Shown in pieces: positions 12,100-24,977 of a stretch of DNA of 64,000 nucleotides. The stretch is from Octopus sinensis (Eukaryota), in the NCBI RefSeq assembly GCF_006345805.1, contig NC_043007.1:45508001-45572000 (forward strand). The letters run 5' to 3'. Under the pieces are notes generated by a model. It had not been told where the DNA came from. It searched no databases and saw nothing but the letters and a program-made list of their open reading frames with translations. How positions within the stretch are numbered: position 1 is the stretch's first letter; every line of letters begins with the position of its first letter. The translations under genes and the position numbers were made by a program.

Positions 12100-12540
12100 A
12101 TATTAATTCTACACTACAACAAAATATGTTAACGCTTTTCAAATAAATTCCTGATGATAATTGTAAAAATATAATAGGATTTTTTAAAAAAACATTAGAA
12201 GGTTTTGAAGGTCCGGTAGAGTAAAATAAGAATGAAAGGGGTCCAAAAGCAAAAAAGTAGTTGGGAACCATTGGGCTACTTGTATAGATCGGTCTACTGT
12301 ACGTTAGAGTACTTTATTGCATCATAGTAGAAGAATAAAATATAAAGCTAACTTCGGTGGGATTTGAACTCCTCAACAGGTAAAAAGCCAGAAGGGCAAC
12401 AACAAAGCATTTTGTCTGATACTCTCATGAGTTTGCCATTCTACCACGTTCGTGATAACAGCAACAACATCAGTAATAATAATAATAATAACAACAAAAC
12501 AACAACAACAACCACAACAATGATATTAGTAATGATAAAT

Positions 12541-13100
12541 GCTATAATGCAGTACAAGGCAGTGGATCTCATGGCTTCTAATCTTAACTGTTTGGAAGTG
12601 TTATCATGTACATTGTTTTTTCTCGATATAAAAGATGGGCTACAACAAATATTCTACTAAATACCACAGATTTGCTCGTCAGTTGCTTGACCATAACCAG
12701 TTGAGCATATCTCTTTGTGACTGACGACATGTGCATCTCTAATCACGAGTAGAAGTAGTGGGGGAGCACCATACCCATGTGTTGAGAGGAATTCTTTGGG
12801 GATTTGGATAATTCACCTCTCGAAACATGCGTGTTTTGTTCAACATCTTTAAACAACACTTCTTCAAGGACATTTTGAGCGGGATAGGCTACTCGACCTT
12901 AAAAAAATTCTAACTGGGCCTTCCTTGCAAGTTTATGCGCTGTTTATCTTGATATGAGATTACTATTTTGCGCACATATGGTTATGATGCATGTACCTAG
13001 TGTACTCTTATCAGACGGGTAGTCATGATGAAATATACTGGGCTACATACATTTTACTCCAATGTCACTTTGATGGCATACACTGCTTCTAACTCTATAA
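12541..13100 (+). mobile_element. About 550-bp dispersed repeat ending in an (AAT)n tail, with no tRNA head
   Basis: Clearly homologous to the reverse complement of 32938-33446, and both copies end at ...CTCA/CTCT-ATAATAAT. Confidence 0.85.
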
Positions 13101-13186
13101 TAATAGTAATAATAACAACAACAACAACAACAACAGCAGCAACAAAAACAACAACAACAACAACAATAATAATAATAATAATAATG

Positions 13187-13236
<50 letters not shown>

Positions 13237-13242
13237 CATAGA

Positions 13243-13301
<59 letters not shown>

Positions 13302-13344
13302 TAATAATAATAATAATTTGATGGCATGAACTGCTCTCTCACTC

Positions 13345-13380
<36 letters not shown>

Positions 13381-13449
13381 AAGAAGAAGAAGAAGAAGAA
13401 GAAGAAGAAGAAGAAGAAGGAGAACAACAACAGCAACAACAACAACAAC

Positions 13450-13487
<38 letters not shown>

Positions 13488-13490
13488 TAG
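13098..13490. repeat. Compound (AAT)/(AAC)/(AAG)n microsatellite
   Basis: Seen directly; interrupted at 13317-13347 by a second copy of the 3' end of the preceding repeat. Confidence 0.97.
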
Positions 13491-14855
13491 GACCTGAAAA
13501 TACATCAGGCAACAGTAAAAAATTGCGAAAATTTCAAAGCCGTCATCAAATGATAAAATCCTAAGTGAACCTGCCCCCAAATAATAAACTTTAATACTCT
13601 TGCTTCCAACCTCATTCATTATAGAACTTGTCGGCTAGGTCTGATCTAAAGCTGAACAAAATAGCGTGAAATAGATGTACGTTATGTGTATACATACATG
13701 TGTGTATGTATGTATGTATGTATGTATGTAGTATGTATGTATGTATGTATGTATGTATGTATGTATGTATGTATGTATGCTTGTATGTATGTATCTATCT
13801 ATCTACATAACTACCTATACCTATGTATGTTTGTATGTACGTGTGTATGTATTATGTATATATATATATATACAAATATATATGTGTGTGTGTGTGAGTG
13901 TGTATTATGTATATGTATATATATATATATTTATATAAATATATTTGCATATATAGACTACATAAACATATATATTTATACATATTCATATACATACGCA
14001 TTTATTAGATATTATATATATGTATGATGTATTTAGATATGCAGATATTTCCTGTCTTTGTGTATGTATGTATGCTTATATATATATATATATTTGTTTA
14101 TGTGAGTGTGTGTGTTCTTGCATATATGTGCCTTTGTTTTACCGTATCTTCACGTGGTTGAAGTCGTTAAAGTATCGAACTGTACGTTACTCCCACAAAA
14201 TATCTCGCCTAACCCATGCAAACATGCTTAAACTGCGTATGATGATGAAAATGGTGCTTATGATGATAATGGTAATGAAATCGTTGATAATACTAATATA
14301 TGTACGTGTGTTTGTATGTACTTACATACAAACACACGTATACACACACTCTCATATATACATATATCATTATTATCTAAAAAAAATCCTTACGCTTGCC
14401 CTCACGACATCTACTTAATATCATTGCAATATTTATCGCTGTACAAAATCATAAATTGTTTACAGAATAAAACAGAGTACTAGGTGGACAGCTAGTATTC
14501 AACTTTATATATTGGTGATATCGTTCCTGTTTTTGCTAAGACTTCCGTTACTCGCTGATGAAAGTATATTAATGATCGTTAGTATGAGAGCCAACTAGTA
14601 GTTTATAGAACAACGCAGCAGTTGTATTGCTTATATTTGCCAAGAAGCAGATACCCACATCCTGTACGTGGTGTATTATATAGAGGGCTGCAACCTTGCT
14701 GGATCACAGATCAATGACTGACACCAATAAAACAGCGTACAATATCTCGTGATTGATCAATTTTTATCACGCTTATAAACATACACGCAATAATTCGAAA
14801 AGTACCATTAGGTTAAAACACAGCTTGCAATAAATATACCAAATATGCTGCTATT

Positions 14856-14990
14856 ACTACTACACTACTACTACTACTACTACTAATGATGCTGCTGCTG
14901 CTGCTACTACTACTACTACCACCACCACCAACACCGCCACCACCATCACCGCCACCGCCGCCGCCGCCGCCACCACCACCACCACCACCA
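14856..14990. repeat. Stepwise compound triplet microsatellite (CTA, GCT, CTA, CCA, CCG, CCA)
   Basis: Seen directly; abuts the tail of a family B SINE fragment. Confidence 0.95.
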
Positions 14991-15098
14991 TTTTCGGGAG
15001 GGGGATCTTATTTCATCGACCTCAATACTTGAATGCTACTTATTTTATCAACCCCGATGAAACGCATGAATTTAAGTCAGAACGTAAAGACAGACAAA
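14990..15098 (-). mobile_element. SINE family B fragment (decayed)
   Basis: CTACTTATTTTATCAACCCCGA...GAATTTAAGTCAGAACGTAAAGACAGAC is homologous to other family B copies. Confidence 0.7.
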
Positions 15099-15108
15099 AT
15101 TATGTGTA

Positions 15109-15260
15109 CAGTAATCCCTCACCATATCGCGGTTCATATACTGAGCACTCTGTACATCATGGTTCACCTATCGCGCATTCAGTACAACACGAATTTTTCT
15201 GGTTAATATATGTAAATTTATATCTCGGAATCCTCAGTATATCGCGGGTTTCTGCGGCTG
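15109..15260 (+). mobile_element. Tigger/pogo-like terminus
   Basis: TA|CAGTAATCCCTCACCATATCGCGG start, similar to the MITE at 51459, with a repeated ATATCGCGG subterminal motif. The other end was not found. Confidence 0.55.
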
Positions 15261-15859
15261 ATAGGTATTTATATTTTTAAAAAATTTTAATTATTTCTGT
15301 GGTGGGGTTTTGGAACGTAACGCCCGCGGTAGTCAAGATATTATTGTATTTGGAAAGTGGGTTCGCTTGTTTTGCAGCTCGTAACTTTTCATTAAATGTT
15401 GTAGTTTCAGAGTTTGATATATGCATTTCTGTTGAATTATAATTTGAATAAGCCAATCGCTTATTCAGGTTAAAGTTCAGGTTAAAGTTCGAAACTTACT
15501 ATTGGAAATTTCATATATTGAAACAATAAAACAACGCAGCTTCACAAATTGAGAGAGATGATGACCGTTGGGACAGCCACTATGAAAGTACTTCTCTTCC
15601 ATTAATTGCTATGGATAAATCGGCTGTTTTTAACTTCAAACAAAAATAGAAACGGTTTAACTCATGTGGATTGTCGACTGAAGAATGATAACGTGTCGGA
15701 CAAAACATTATGTCAAAATGCACATATCAAAGAATGGGAGATTTATTTTTCTGAACACGCCGAAAGATATACTGGAAAAGACAGAGCAAAAAGTAATTAT
15801 CTACAAATGCTTTTTCACTAAATGCGAGCGACGCTGGCCCACATTGATAAATACCTGAG

Positions 15860-16260
15860 AGCAACCTGGTTAAAAAGAATAACAAGAAAGATGTTGCTCG
15901 AAGAACTCGCTTTGACACAGTTGAGAGAAATACAACTACAACCTTAAAATGTGAGAAATTACTGCAAATTCTGCCATTCCTCGGCCGGAAGGTGGTGAGA
16001 GTAACGATGACAGAGGTACCATCAGAATAAACTTTCTGATTCAACAGCTTTTGTGCCCATTTTCAATGGGAACGGGATTTGCTAATCTCCGTGTCAACAG
16101 ACAAAAGAGTGGTGTGCTGGGCTGTGTTTTGTTTCGGAAAGGTCTAGATTTCAAGATATGGGCTAACTTCTTCAAAAATGATGGTAAGTTGATGGTCCTG
16201 CTTGTGGACGGTAGTGATAGGGATTCGTGGCTGTCTGTTCTCAAAATGGAGTAGAACAGC
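15860..16260 (+). pseudogene. Possible decayed LINE ORF1 (L1/Tx1-like) fragment
   Basis: Protein-like frames EKLLQILPFLGRKVVRVTMTEVPSE and FANLRVNRQKSGVLGCVL...KLMVLLVDG are joined by a frameshift. No splice-consistent reading was found. The family call is from recall only. Confidence 0.4.
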
Positions 16261-16384
16261 CGGATTGATTCAGACGAGTGGGGATTTTCCTGAGAACATC
16301 TCGAAAATCCGAGCAAGGGACACTTGGAACGCTATCTTGGAGGCATGTTTTGATTATGTTGGGGTACTTGATAGGAAGGGATAG

Positions 16385-16418
16385 AAATGATGATAGTGAT
16401 GAGAATCATGAAGATGAA

Positions 16419-16461
<43 letters not shown>

Positions 16462-16600
16462 TTGATAACATTAATGGTGGTAATGGCGTTGGAACTGATT
16501 ATGGTGGTGGAGATCTTGATAGAGAAGGTGATGAAATGAAGATGATGATGATGATGATTATGATGATGATGTTGATGATGATGACGACGATGATGATGAC
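16385..16600. repeat. Degenerate (GAT)n microsatellite
   Basis: Seen directly in the sequence. Confidence 0.95.
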
Positions 16601-16844
16601 GATCTTGACAAAACATTATTAGTGTTCTTGCCTTTATATTTATTCTGGGATCGGCGATGGAATGGCTGTGATGATAACGTCTAAACTGTGTTCATGACGG
16701 AAGCAAAGTGTTAAAATAAAACACAAGGCCAAAAGTTTCTCGGATTCACCAGAATCTGTTGAAAGAATGCGAAAACTCTCGGAACTTCTTGCATGTATGC
16801 CAAGAGATGCAGATTGCTAACAAACCGTTTTGTTGATATTCGTG

Positions 16845-16846
16845 TT

Positions 16847-16877
<31 letters not shown>

Positions 16878-16990
16878 TAATAATAATAATAATAATAATA
16901 ATAATATTAATAATAATAATAATAATAATAATAATGGTCATAATCATCATCGTCATTACTATTATTATTATTATTATTATTATTATAATT
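16845..16990. repeat. (AAT)n switching to (ATT)n microsatellite
   Basis: Seen directly in the sequence. Confidence 0.97.
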
Positions 16991-17503
16991 TTACATAATC
17001 TGTAAGGATGTGCCTGAATACAACCTAACACCTATATGCACACACATCAAAGGCAAGATCGCAAACACAGATGTACACACAGACAAACAGACAAAAAGAC
17101 ACACACGCATATATATCCTGCAGACTATCCCTATAACTTCCCACTGGAATTATACCACAACAACACAACCCCTACCATAGCAGACATTAAATAACCACCA
17201 AGATTGCGCATATTTTTACAAATCTCAGCTAGCCAGGAAGCCTACAATCATTCTGCACATGTAAATTCTTTTAGAAATGTATGTGCTCTATATATGTGTA
17301 CATGTATGTATAAATATATATATGCACACATAGATATATATGCATACGTACATACTACACATACATACGTACAAAATACATACCTATGCACATACACACA
17401 TGCGTATATACACACATGCGTATAAACATGTACATATAAAATGTATGTTTCTCACTCTCTCTCTCTTTCTCTCTCTCTATGTTTATATATATATATATAT
17501 ATA

Positions 17504-17536
<33 letters not shown>

Positions 17537-17808
17537 TATGTGCATGTATGTATGTATTATGTATGTGCGTGTGTATACCAACTGTATGATTATTTCTGTA
17601 TGTGTATGCATTCATTGTATTTTACATCTGGTTACCTTAGTTGTTTTTTTTATACTTCTACTTCACTTGAATTTAGAGGCAATGCTTAGACATGCGTGTT
17701 TATGTGTTCATGTATGCGTGGAATTATACACACACGCACACACACACACACAAACAAACACACACACATACACACATACACATATATATGTATATATACA
17801 TGCATACG

Positions 17809-17845
<37 letters not shown>

Positions 17846-17888
17846 ACAAACATACATACATAAATACATGTATATATATGTGTGTGTT

Positions 17889-17931
<43 letters not shown>

Positions 17932-17973
17932 TGTATAAGTATATACATCTGTGTATTATATATTACGTATGTT

Positions 17974-18032
<59 letters not shown>

Positions 18033-18599
18033 TATATATATATATATATATATACATACATACACACATATATGTGTATACGCGTGTGTATATGTGAATT
18101 TGCATATGTAACTGGGGATTCTCGTACGTATATATATAACGTCTTCATGCATAGACATAGAAACATGCATACTGTGGAACTTGTGGCAATATCGCTCAAT
18201 GTCTTTATACGCGAATACTCGTGTCACGTGCGTATCTGTCTTGGACAGATACCAGACTGATTTCTTGAGAATGGTTATTTTTAAAGCAGATAAAGAAGGA
18301 ATATGTAAATATTTCAAAAGAGAATAAAGCCTCGGGCTGAATTAACGCCAAAAAAAAAAAAGTCAAGCTTATATTTTTCTTCTTTTACGCTGGTTTTGTA
18401 CTTATGATTTACAAACATTTGTGTATTTTTGCGCACGCATATGAATGCAAACTTTCACATACAAAAATATACGTACACAAATTCACACTCACATATACAC
18501 ACAACACACACACAGACACACACAAACACACACAAACACACACAAACACACACAAACACAAATATATCTTAATTTGCATAAAGCATATATACTCTTCAT

Positions 18600-18997
18600 T
18601 CTTTTACTTGTTTCAGTCATTTGACTGTGGCCATACTGGAGCACCGCTTTTCAGTCGAGCAAATGTAACCCAGGACTTATTCTTTGTAAGCCTAGTAATT
18701 ATTCTATCGATCTCTTTTGCCGAACCGCTAGGTGACGGGGACGTAAACACACCAGCATCGGTTGTCAAGCGATGTTGGGGGACAAACACAAACACACGAA
18801 CATATACGCACGCACACACACACTCGCATATATATACATACGACGGGCTTCTTTCAGTTTCCGTCTACCAAATCCACTCACAAGGCTCTGGTCGGCCAGA
18901 GGCTATAGTAGAAGACACTTGCCCGTGGTGCCGCGCAGTGGGACTGAACCTGGAATTATGTGGTTGGTAACCAAGCTACTTACCACACAGTCACTCT
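18600..18997 (-). mobile_element. SINE family A, full-length
   Basis: Reverse strand has a tRNA-like head (GTGTGGTAAGTAGCTTGG...CAGGTTCAGTCCC), core GGCACGGGCAAGTGTCTTCTACTATAGC, an internal (TG)n and tail CAGTCAAATGACTGAAACAAGTAAAAG. Confidence 0.92.
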
Positions 18998-19702
18998 TAT
19001 ATATATTCAAATGCATGATGTATTATGTATTCACATGTATATATATGTATGTGTATGTATATATATATATATACACATACAGCCACCAGACCTCCAGACC
19101 GTACGTTTCGATGTCTTTGTGCTCATCCTTAGTGGTGGTACATTCAATGTTGAATCCCACTAGTGGTTTCCTTATGTGTTTAAATGTACACTGTATTCCA
19201 TGACAAATACATAGTCTTTGGACTAAATTTTTACACGTTAGGTCACTGGAAATGAAAATTTCTATTAATTCCCATTTCTCTTTGATATGATTAAGTATTG
19301 TAAGATTTGGGATAATTTTCGGTTTTTAAAAGTTGGCATTTTTTATTGCCGGCGAAGGGCTGCATCTGCGCAGTAGATTTTGAAAAAGTTAGGATATATA
19401 AACAAGAGGCACATAGTTGATCGCCTCGTGTTTATATATTTAATCTAAGGTGTACTTGTTAAGAAAGATTTCACCTAGCGAGTAAATATTATTTATTTGG
19501 TAAACTAAAATCAGAAACCAATTGGTTCAGGAAACTAGATGGTAAAATGTTTTTATTTATTCATTTCGTTCCTGTCGAATTTTATCCCTAAATTTGTGGT
19601 TATAGAACCTAGCTGTTCTTTCTAGCATGTTGAATCCCACAAGAGAATTTCTTATGTGTTTAAATTTACACTGTATTTTATGACTATATATATATATATA
19701 TA

Positions 19703-19945
19703 CTAGCATCTAATCCCGGTTTCACTCGGTCTGTTTGGATGATGTGGCTGTGATCGTTTTCGGTTAAGCATAATCGATTTTCTCGGTAACTATGGGAGCT
19801 ACGAAAAAATACAAACTACATTCCAATTTATGTATCCGTCTCCACATGTGTGCCGTTTTTCACGCGAATCCACCCAGCCGTTTGGTTGTGAACCTCAAGA
19901 CAAGAAAGAATACAACGATCGCCCATGTCCAATTTATATTATATA
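19703..19945 (-). mobile_element. Non-autonomous Helitron-like element
   Basis: Reverse strand ends with hairpin CCGAGTGAAACCGGG followed by CTAG|T; its 5' end runs into (TA)n. Confidence 0.65.
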
Positions 19946-19961
19946 TATATTATATATATAT

Positions 19962-20023
<62 letters not shown>

Positions 20024-21574
20024 CATGTGTGTGCGTGCGTGAGTGTGTTTGTGCGTATGTGTGTGTGTATGAGTGTGTGTGAATGAACATACCTATTTTT
20101 AATTCAACGAATGAAAGATTGAATATTCATAACATGTAGTCCCTAACATGGTGCTTAACTCTAACGCTATTCAGACTTCCTCTCTGGATACTTTAGGATA
20201 TACTGCATGTTTGAATGCTATATACCACACTTTTTGTTCCCCTCGGCATTTTGTTTTTCCAGATCATGTTGTCTTATAGCTGTGATTTTTCAAATATGAT
20301 TGGAGTTGTACTCACTGCATAATTCCATTTTTAATGTTTCTTGTGGAACCTATACTACTGTGTTATGAACAGTTGTTATTTTCAAAGGGACTTTCTATAG
20401 AATGCTTTTTAAAAAAAAAATTGAAAGAACGATATAATGAAGTTATTTAGGTCTGATTCCTTTGCAGAAATACATTCTTCTTTTGACATTTGGAGTACAT
20501 CTCATCTCTTCTATTTGGGTTAATATCTTTTGCTATGAAAATAGGAAATTCTTCAGAATGTACACGCTTAATTTATTTATATTAAATTCAATTATGTACG
20601 CAATGCAGTAATACAGAAACTTTGGAATATTGCAACAGAAGGTGCCTCCGTTCTAAGAATGGAGGAACGCAATGCTTACCTTTTGTAAATTATTAGTCGA
20701 TATCCAAATTGATAAAGACAAGGAGGTTTATTGTATTATTAATTCTAATTGAAGGAGAAATCAGCTGTACATGTTTCTACATTAACAACTAGCTGTGATG
20801 TTTGTTTCTTTCTATGTGTACTTTGTATGCTTAATGAAGTAAAATTAGAAAACAAGTTACATTGAAATGTGTACAGCAGAGACTAGAATATTTAATGGAG
20901 CTGATGAAGTTTGTACATAGTAATAATATGGAATGTGTAACTTTCTATAGTCTCATTCATAAATAAGGTTTCTGCCGCAGGTGAACGTTGATGTAATTTT
21001 ACGCCATAGTTCTGAGAATAATAAATTGAGGAATCAGTTCTTGCTTACAAACATTTCGAATATCTAAAGTCCATAGCGCGAACAACAGACGTTCTGGTAA
21101 CAAAAGATAGTAAATGAATTACGAAGATAATTAAAATTTTTATTTGGAATAACCGACAAAGAATGATGGAACAGCGTGGGAATGTAACAAATGTGGGAGT
21201 GTGGGTGTTGTTGACATTAGCTACATTTTAACTTACACATGAAGCAACGAACCTGAATGCCACGAACCACTGTCCACATTTCTATTATTCCTATATTCAA
21301 GGGCGTCTACTTAAAATTAACAAAAAAGTTTTTACATGGGCAGAATGCCACATATTCTGTTGGATAATATCTCTCGTATCTCTATCAGGAATTTATTTTA
21401 TCGAAACCGGAAGCATGGAAGGCAGAATCAACGTTAACTGAGTCGATTCTACATCAAACGTTGTTGGCAGCGTGACTTATTGCAATTGCTCCAGCAGTGT
21501 GCATTCTGAGTTCAAATCCAACCGAGATCAACTTACCGTAATTTTTCCCCCTCATATCCAATAAGATACATCTC

Positions 21575-21775
21575 AAATTTTGGCACAAGGCCAACAAATA
21601 TGTGGGAAGTGTATGTCGATTACGTCGACCCTAGTACTCAACTGGTACTTATTTCATCAACCCTGAAATGATGAAAGGGAAAGTCGAGCGCGGAATATGA
21701 CGCATAATGTGAAGACGGACGAAATGCCGCTAATCATTTCGTCTGGCGCGCAAACGATTCTCCCAGGTTGCCACT
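21575..21775 (-). mobile_element. SINE family B
   Basis: Contains GTCGATTACGTCGACCC...CAACTGGTACTTATTTCATCAACCC...GATGAAAGG. Confidence 0.85.
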
Positions 21776-21799
21776 ATCATATCGGTTAATATTATTAAA

Positions 21800-21972
21800 C
21801 AGCGGCGAGAATCAGAATTGTTACCGCGTAAGATAAAATGCATTTCATACGTCTTTACGTTCTAAGATCAAATTCTGCTGAGGTAGGTTTTTGGCTTCAT
21901 CGTTCCGGGCTCGATAAATTAAGTAAATCAAGTACTGGGGTCAGTGTGAGCGACTAGCCCATCCCACTAAAA
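21800..21972 (+). mobile_element. SINE family B (head-to-head with the previous copy)
   Basis: GCGGCGAG head, GTTCTAAGATCAAATTCTGCTGAGGT, then TTCATCGTTCCGGGCTCGATAAATTAAGTA. Confidence 0.8.
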
Positions 21973-21976
21973 TTGG

Positions 21977-22163
21977 GGTAAATGGCAGGCTCTTTCGAAC
22001 TGCATGTCGGTAGGAAAAGTTTTTCTTCGGAATAAATTTAACAATTGAGGATAAAATCTTAAGGAATCTTAACAAGATTAAGATTTTATCCTCAATTGTT
22101 AAATTTATTCTGAAGAAAAAATTTTCCTACCGACATGCAGTTCGAAAGAGCCCGCCATTTACC
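21977..22163. repeat. 187-bp near-perfect palindrome (foldback MITE-like)
   Basis: Arms of about 86 bp (GGTAAATGGC...AATCTTAA and TTAAGATT...GCCATTTACC) with 3 mismatches and a spacer of about 15 bp. Confidence 0.95.
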
Positions 22164-23177
22164 GAATACATGATGAATAAACATTTCCATGTGCTTCGCC
22201 GAGGGGAGCAGATGTCTGTTTGACTTCGCTAGGTATGTTGGTTGTTTATTTATGATGCGTTCAGAATCTGTCCTACTGATGAACAAAAGACGTATTTGGT
22301 ACGTTAATTGCGAAATCACAGGTGATATAGAACTAAATTCAGTTTTTTAAATGTGTTGCTTCGGGAACTGCATTAGGTATGATTAGTTAAATTTTGGTAG
22401 TAATGACTTATGTCCCTCTTTAGCGTGTGGCATTTATGTCTAATAATGCCCTCTATACAATATATATATATTTATATATATATATATATATACACATACA
22501 CATGTATATATGCATGTATACATATATACATGTATTTAAGTATGTATGTATGTATGTATGTGTGTATATTTGTATGCATGTATATATGTACGTATGCACA
22601 CAACGTGCGGGAGCACACTCTAGTGCTGTTAGATACGTAGATGGCCTTCATTTTGTACTGATAACATAATCAGTACATAAACATAACAGAGATTCCTAGA
22701 ATAGTTTTAACTCCAGCTGCCAAGTGAGGTTAAGAAGGGAGGTGAAAGTTTAGGTGTCGGAGGATGTGGTTGATGTTACACGTTCAAGGTTTACTTTGAG
22801 ATAACCACAACTTTGCCTTTGGCGTAATGTTAATTTGTAATAGTGTATTTCGTTTCGTATGGTAGCTGGAGAGCCGCAGTTGCCTGTCATATATCAATAG
22901 TATGTCCTTTGTTTAAAAGCAGCTTTCAAATGTATTCATTTGTAATTCCATCCTGCTTGTACAATTCTATTTCACTCTCCTTATGTAATATCATTTATTG
23001 CAAAGCATTTTTCACAACTATTAATTCCATTTTTGCTTCTTCGATAGCTTTCTTTCTTTCTGTATGTCTGTCTGTCTATATATCTGCCTGCCTGTCTATG
23101 TATCTATTACTGAGTGTACATATATATGTATTTATATAAATATACATACATGCATGTATACATACTTAGATACATAC

Positions 23178-23222
<45 letters not shown>

Positions 23223-23228
23223 CAAATA

Positions 23229-24097
23229 CCGGTGTGATGGGTAAATTGTCGCCATTTTATATTTTTTAATTTCGTGCATGCTCATTGTTTGCTTTTGACT
23301 TTGTCGACTACACAGTATGGTAGTGTCATTTGGGTACCTTTTGCGACAAAAACAGCACCATGACGCAATTCACTCTCGCATAAATTTGGAAACAACATGC
23401 TGTACAGCTTGGCATTCACACAAGAAGGTCCAATACAAACATTTCAGAGTGACTGGGAATCAATCTGAGAACAGTGCATGTATCGAGAGTGACAAAAATA
23501 ACACATCCAAGTCATCATCATGATGTTTGGAGTTATCACACTAGTAATGTCCACCATTCATCTTCCCACGCAGCATCACGCACAACACAGAGACCTTCAT
23601 CAAGTGCCTGGAGGAGCTAGTACTGCCCTGCGTCAAGAGGGTGGCTGCTGGAAGACCCTGTGTCTGGCAACAAGACTCTTCCCCATGCCACAGAAGCAGG
23701 AGAGGTGAGTCATGACTGTCAGACAATTTCTGTAATCATATCACCCCTAACACCTGGATACCTAACTCACAAGGCTGCAACCCCCTTGTTTATTATGTAT
23801 GGGGTACAGTTGAACGAGACCAACAAAACTCCTTGTAACATCAAAGATGAACTCAAAGCAAGAATTATGGCAGCATTCACCAACTTAAACAAGGAGACCG
23901 TCCAGAAGAGTTACAGGAGATTCCAAAGTTGTCTGGAGGCCGTGGTTGAAGACAATGGCAATTTTATTGAATAAATTTACATTTTAGTATTTCAAGATAT
24001 TTTTATGTAATTTTGACAAATATATCTTTTAAAATGAGACATCAGTGTTATTTTCAATATTGCGTAATTTAGAGGATAGTTCATTCACCACGCCCTA
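23229..24097 (+). mobile_element. Internally deleted Tc1/maT-like (DD37D-type) transposon
   Basis: Motifs CVWQQDSSPCH and a WPPNSPDxNPL relic; C-terminus KDELKARIMAAFTNLNKETVQKSYRRFQSCLEAVVEDNGNFIE; weak TIRs with TA flanks. Confidence 0.85.
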
Positions 24098-24109
24098 TAT
24101 TTATACATA

Positions 24110-24870
24110 CAGGGTGTGTTAGATAGCTAAGGACAAATGTGATTTATGTTTATAAAAAACAGATATATAATAACATAATAACTTTATCAAAAAATGTTAT
24201 GAGTATGAAAATAAAGCTTCTTTTCAATAATGTTATTCAATAAATCCACTTTCAGTTTCAACAACTGCTTCAATATGAGAACGAAATCATCTATATGCTC
24301 GAATCAAGTGCTCCTGATTTATTATGGACATTACTTCCACCTATGGCAGCTTTCAAAGAATCTTTGGTGTTATGGGTGTGTTCATTGACCCCTCTCTCAA
24401 CAACACTCCACATGTAAAAGTCCAATAGTTGAGATCTGGGGAATTAGGAGACCAAATCTTAGGGGCTATGTGATCATGAAAATTTTCAGCCGTCCATTCC
24501 TGTGATTCTAAAGCCATGTGTGATAGTACAGAGTACTTTCTGTTGAACTTGTTGGATACTCTCAGGTGTTCTGATGATTTCAGAGCATTTAGAATGCTTT
24601 TTATGCTTTGATATTGGTGATACGTTTCCATACTTCAGTATGTAACTCTTTACAACCTTTGTAGATGAAAGATCTGGCAACTTTTAAAACTTAAGATATC
24701 TTCTAAATCGCTATGCTCAGCCTTTATAACCAAAATAACAGCATACCCCTTCATTTCTTAAGTAAGTTGAAGGTGTGCCATTATTATTTTCTGAAACAAA
24801 GATTATACAGCGTTTGCAAAAAATGCAGCAATGACCCAAAAAATGTATGTCCTCAAATACTTTATATATA
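24110..24870 (-). mobile_element. Internally deleted Tc1/maT-like transposon
   Basis: Minus strand reads SQEWTAENFHDHIAPKIWSPNSPDLN and has a C-terminus resembling IEAVVETESGFIE. TA|CAGGGTGTG terminus at 24108-24118; the other TIR is eroded. Confidence 0.82.
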
Positions 24871-24935
24871 CATACATACATATATACATATGTGTGCGTG
24901 TGTGTGCGTGTGTGTGTGCGTGTGTGTGTGTACGC

Positions 24936-24977
<42 letters not shown>

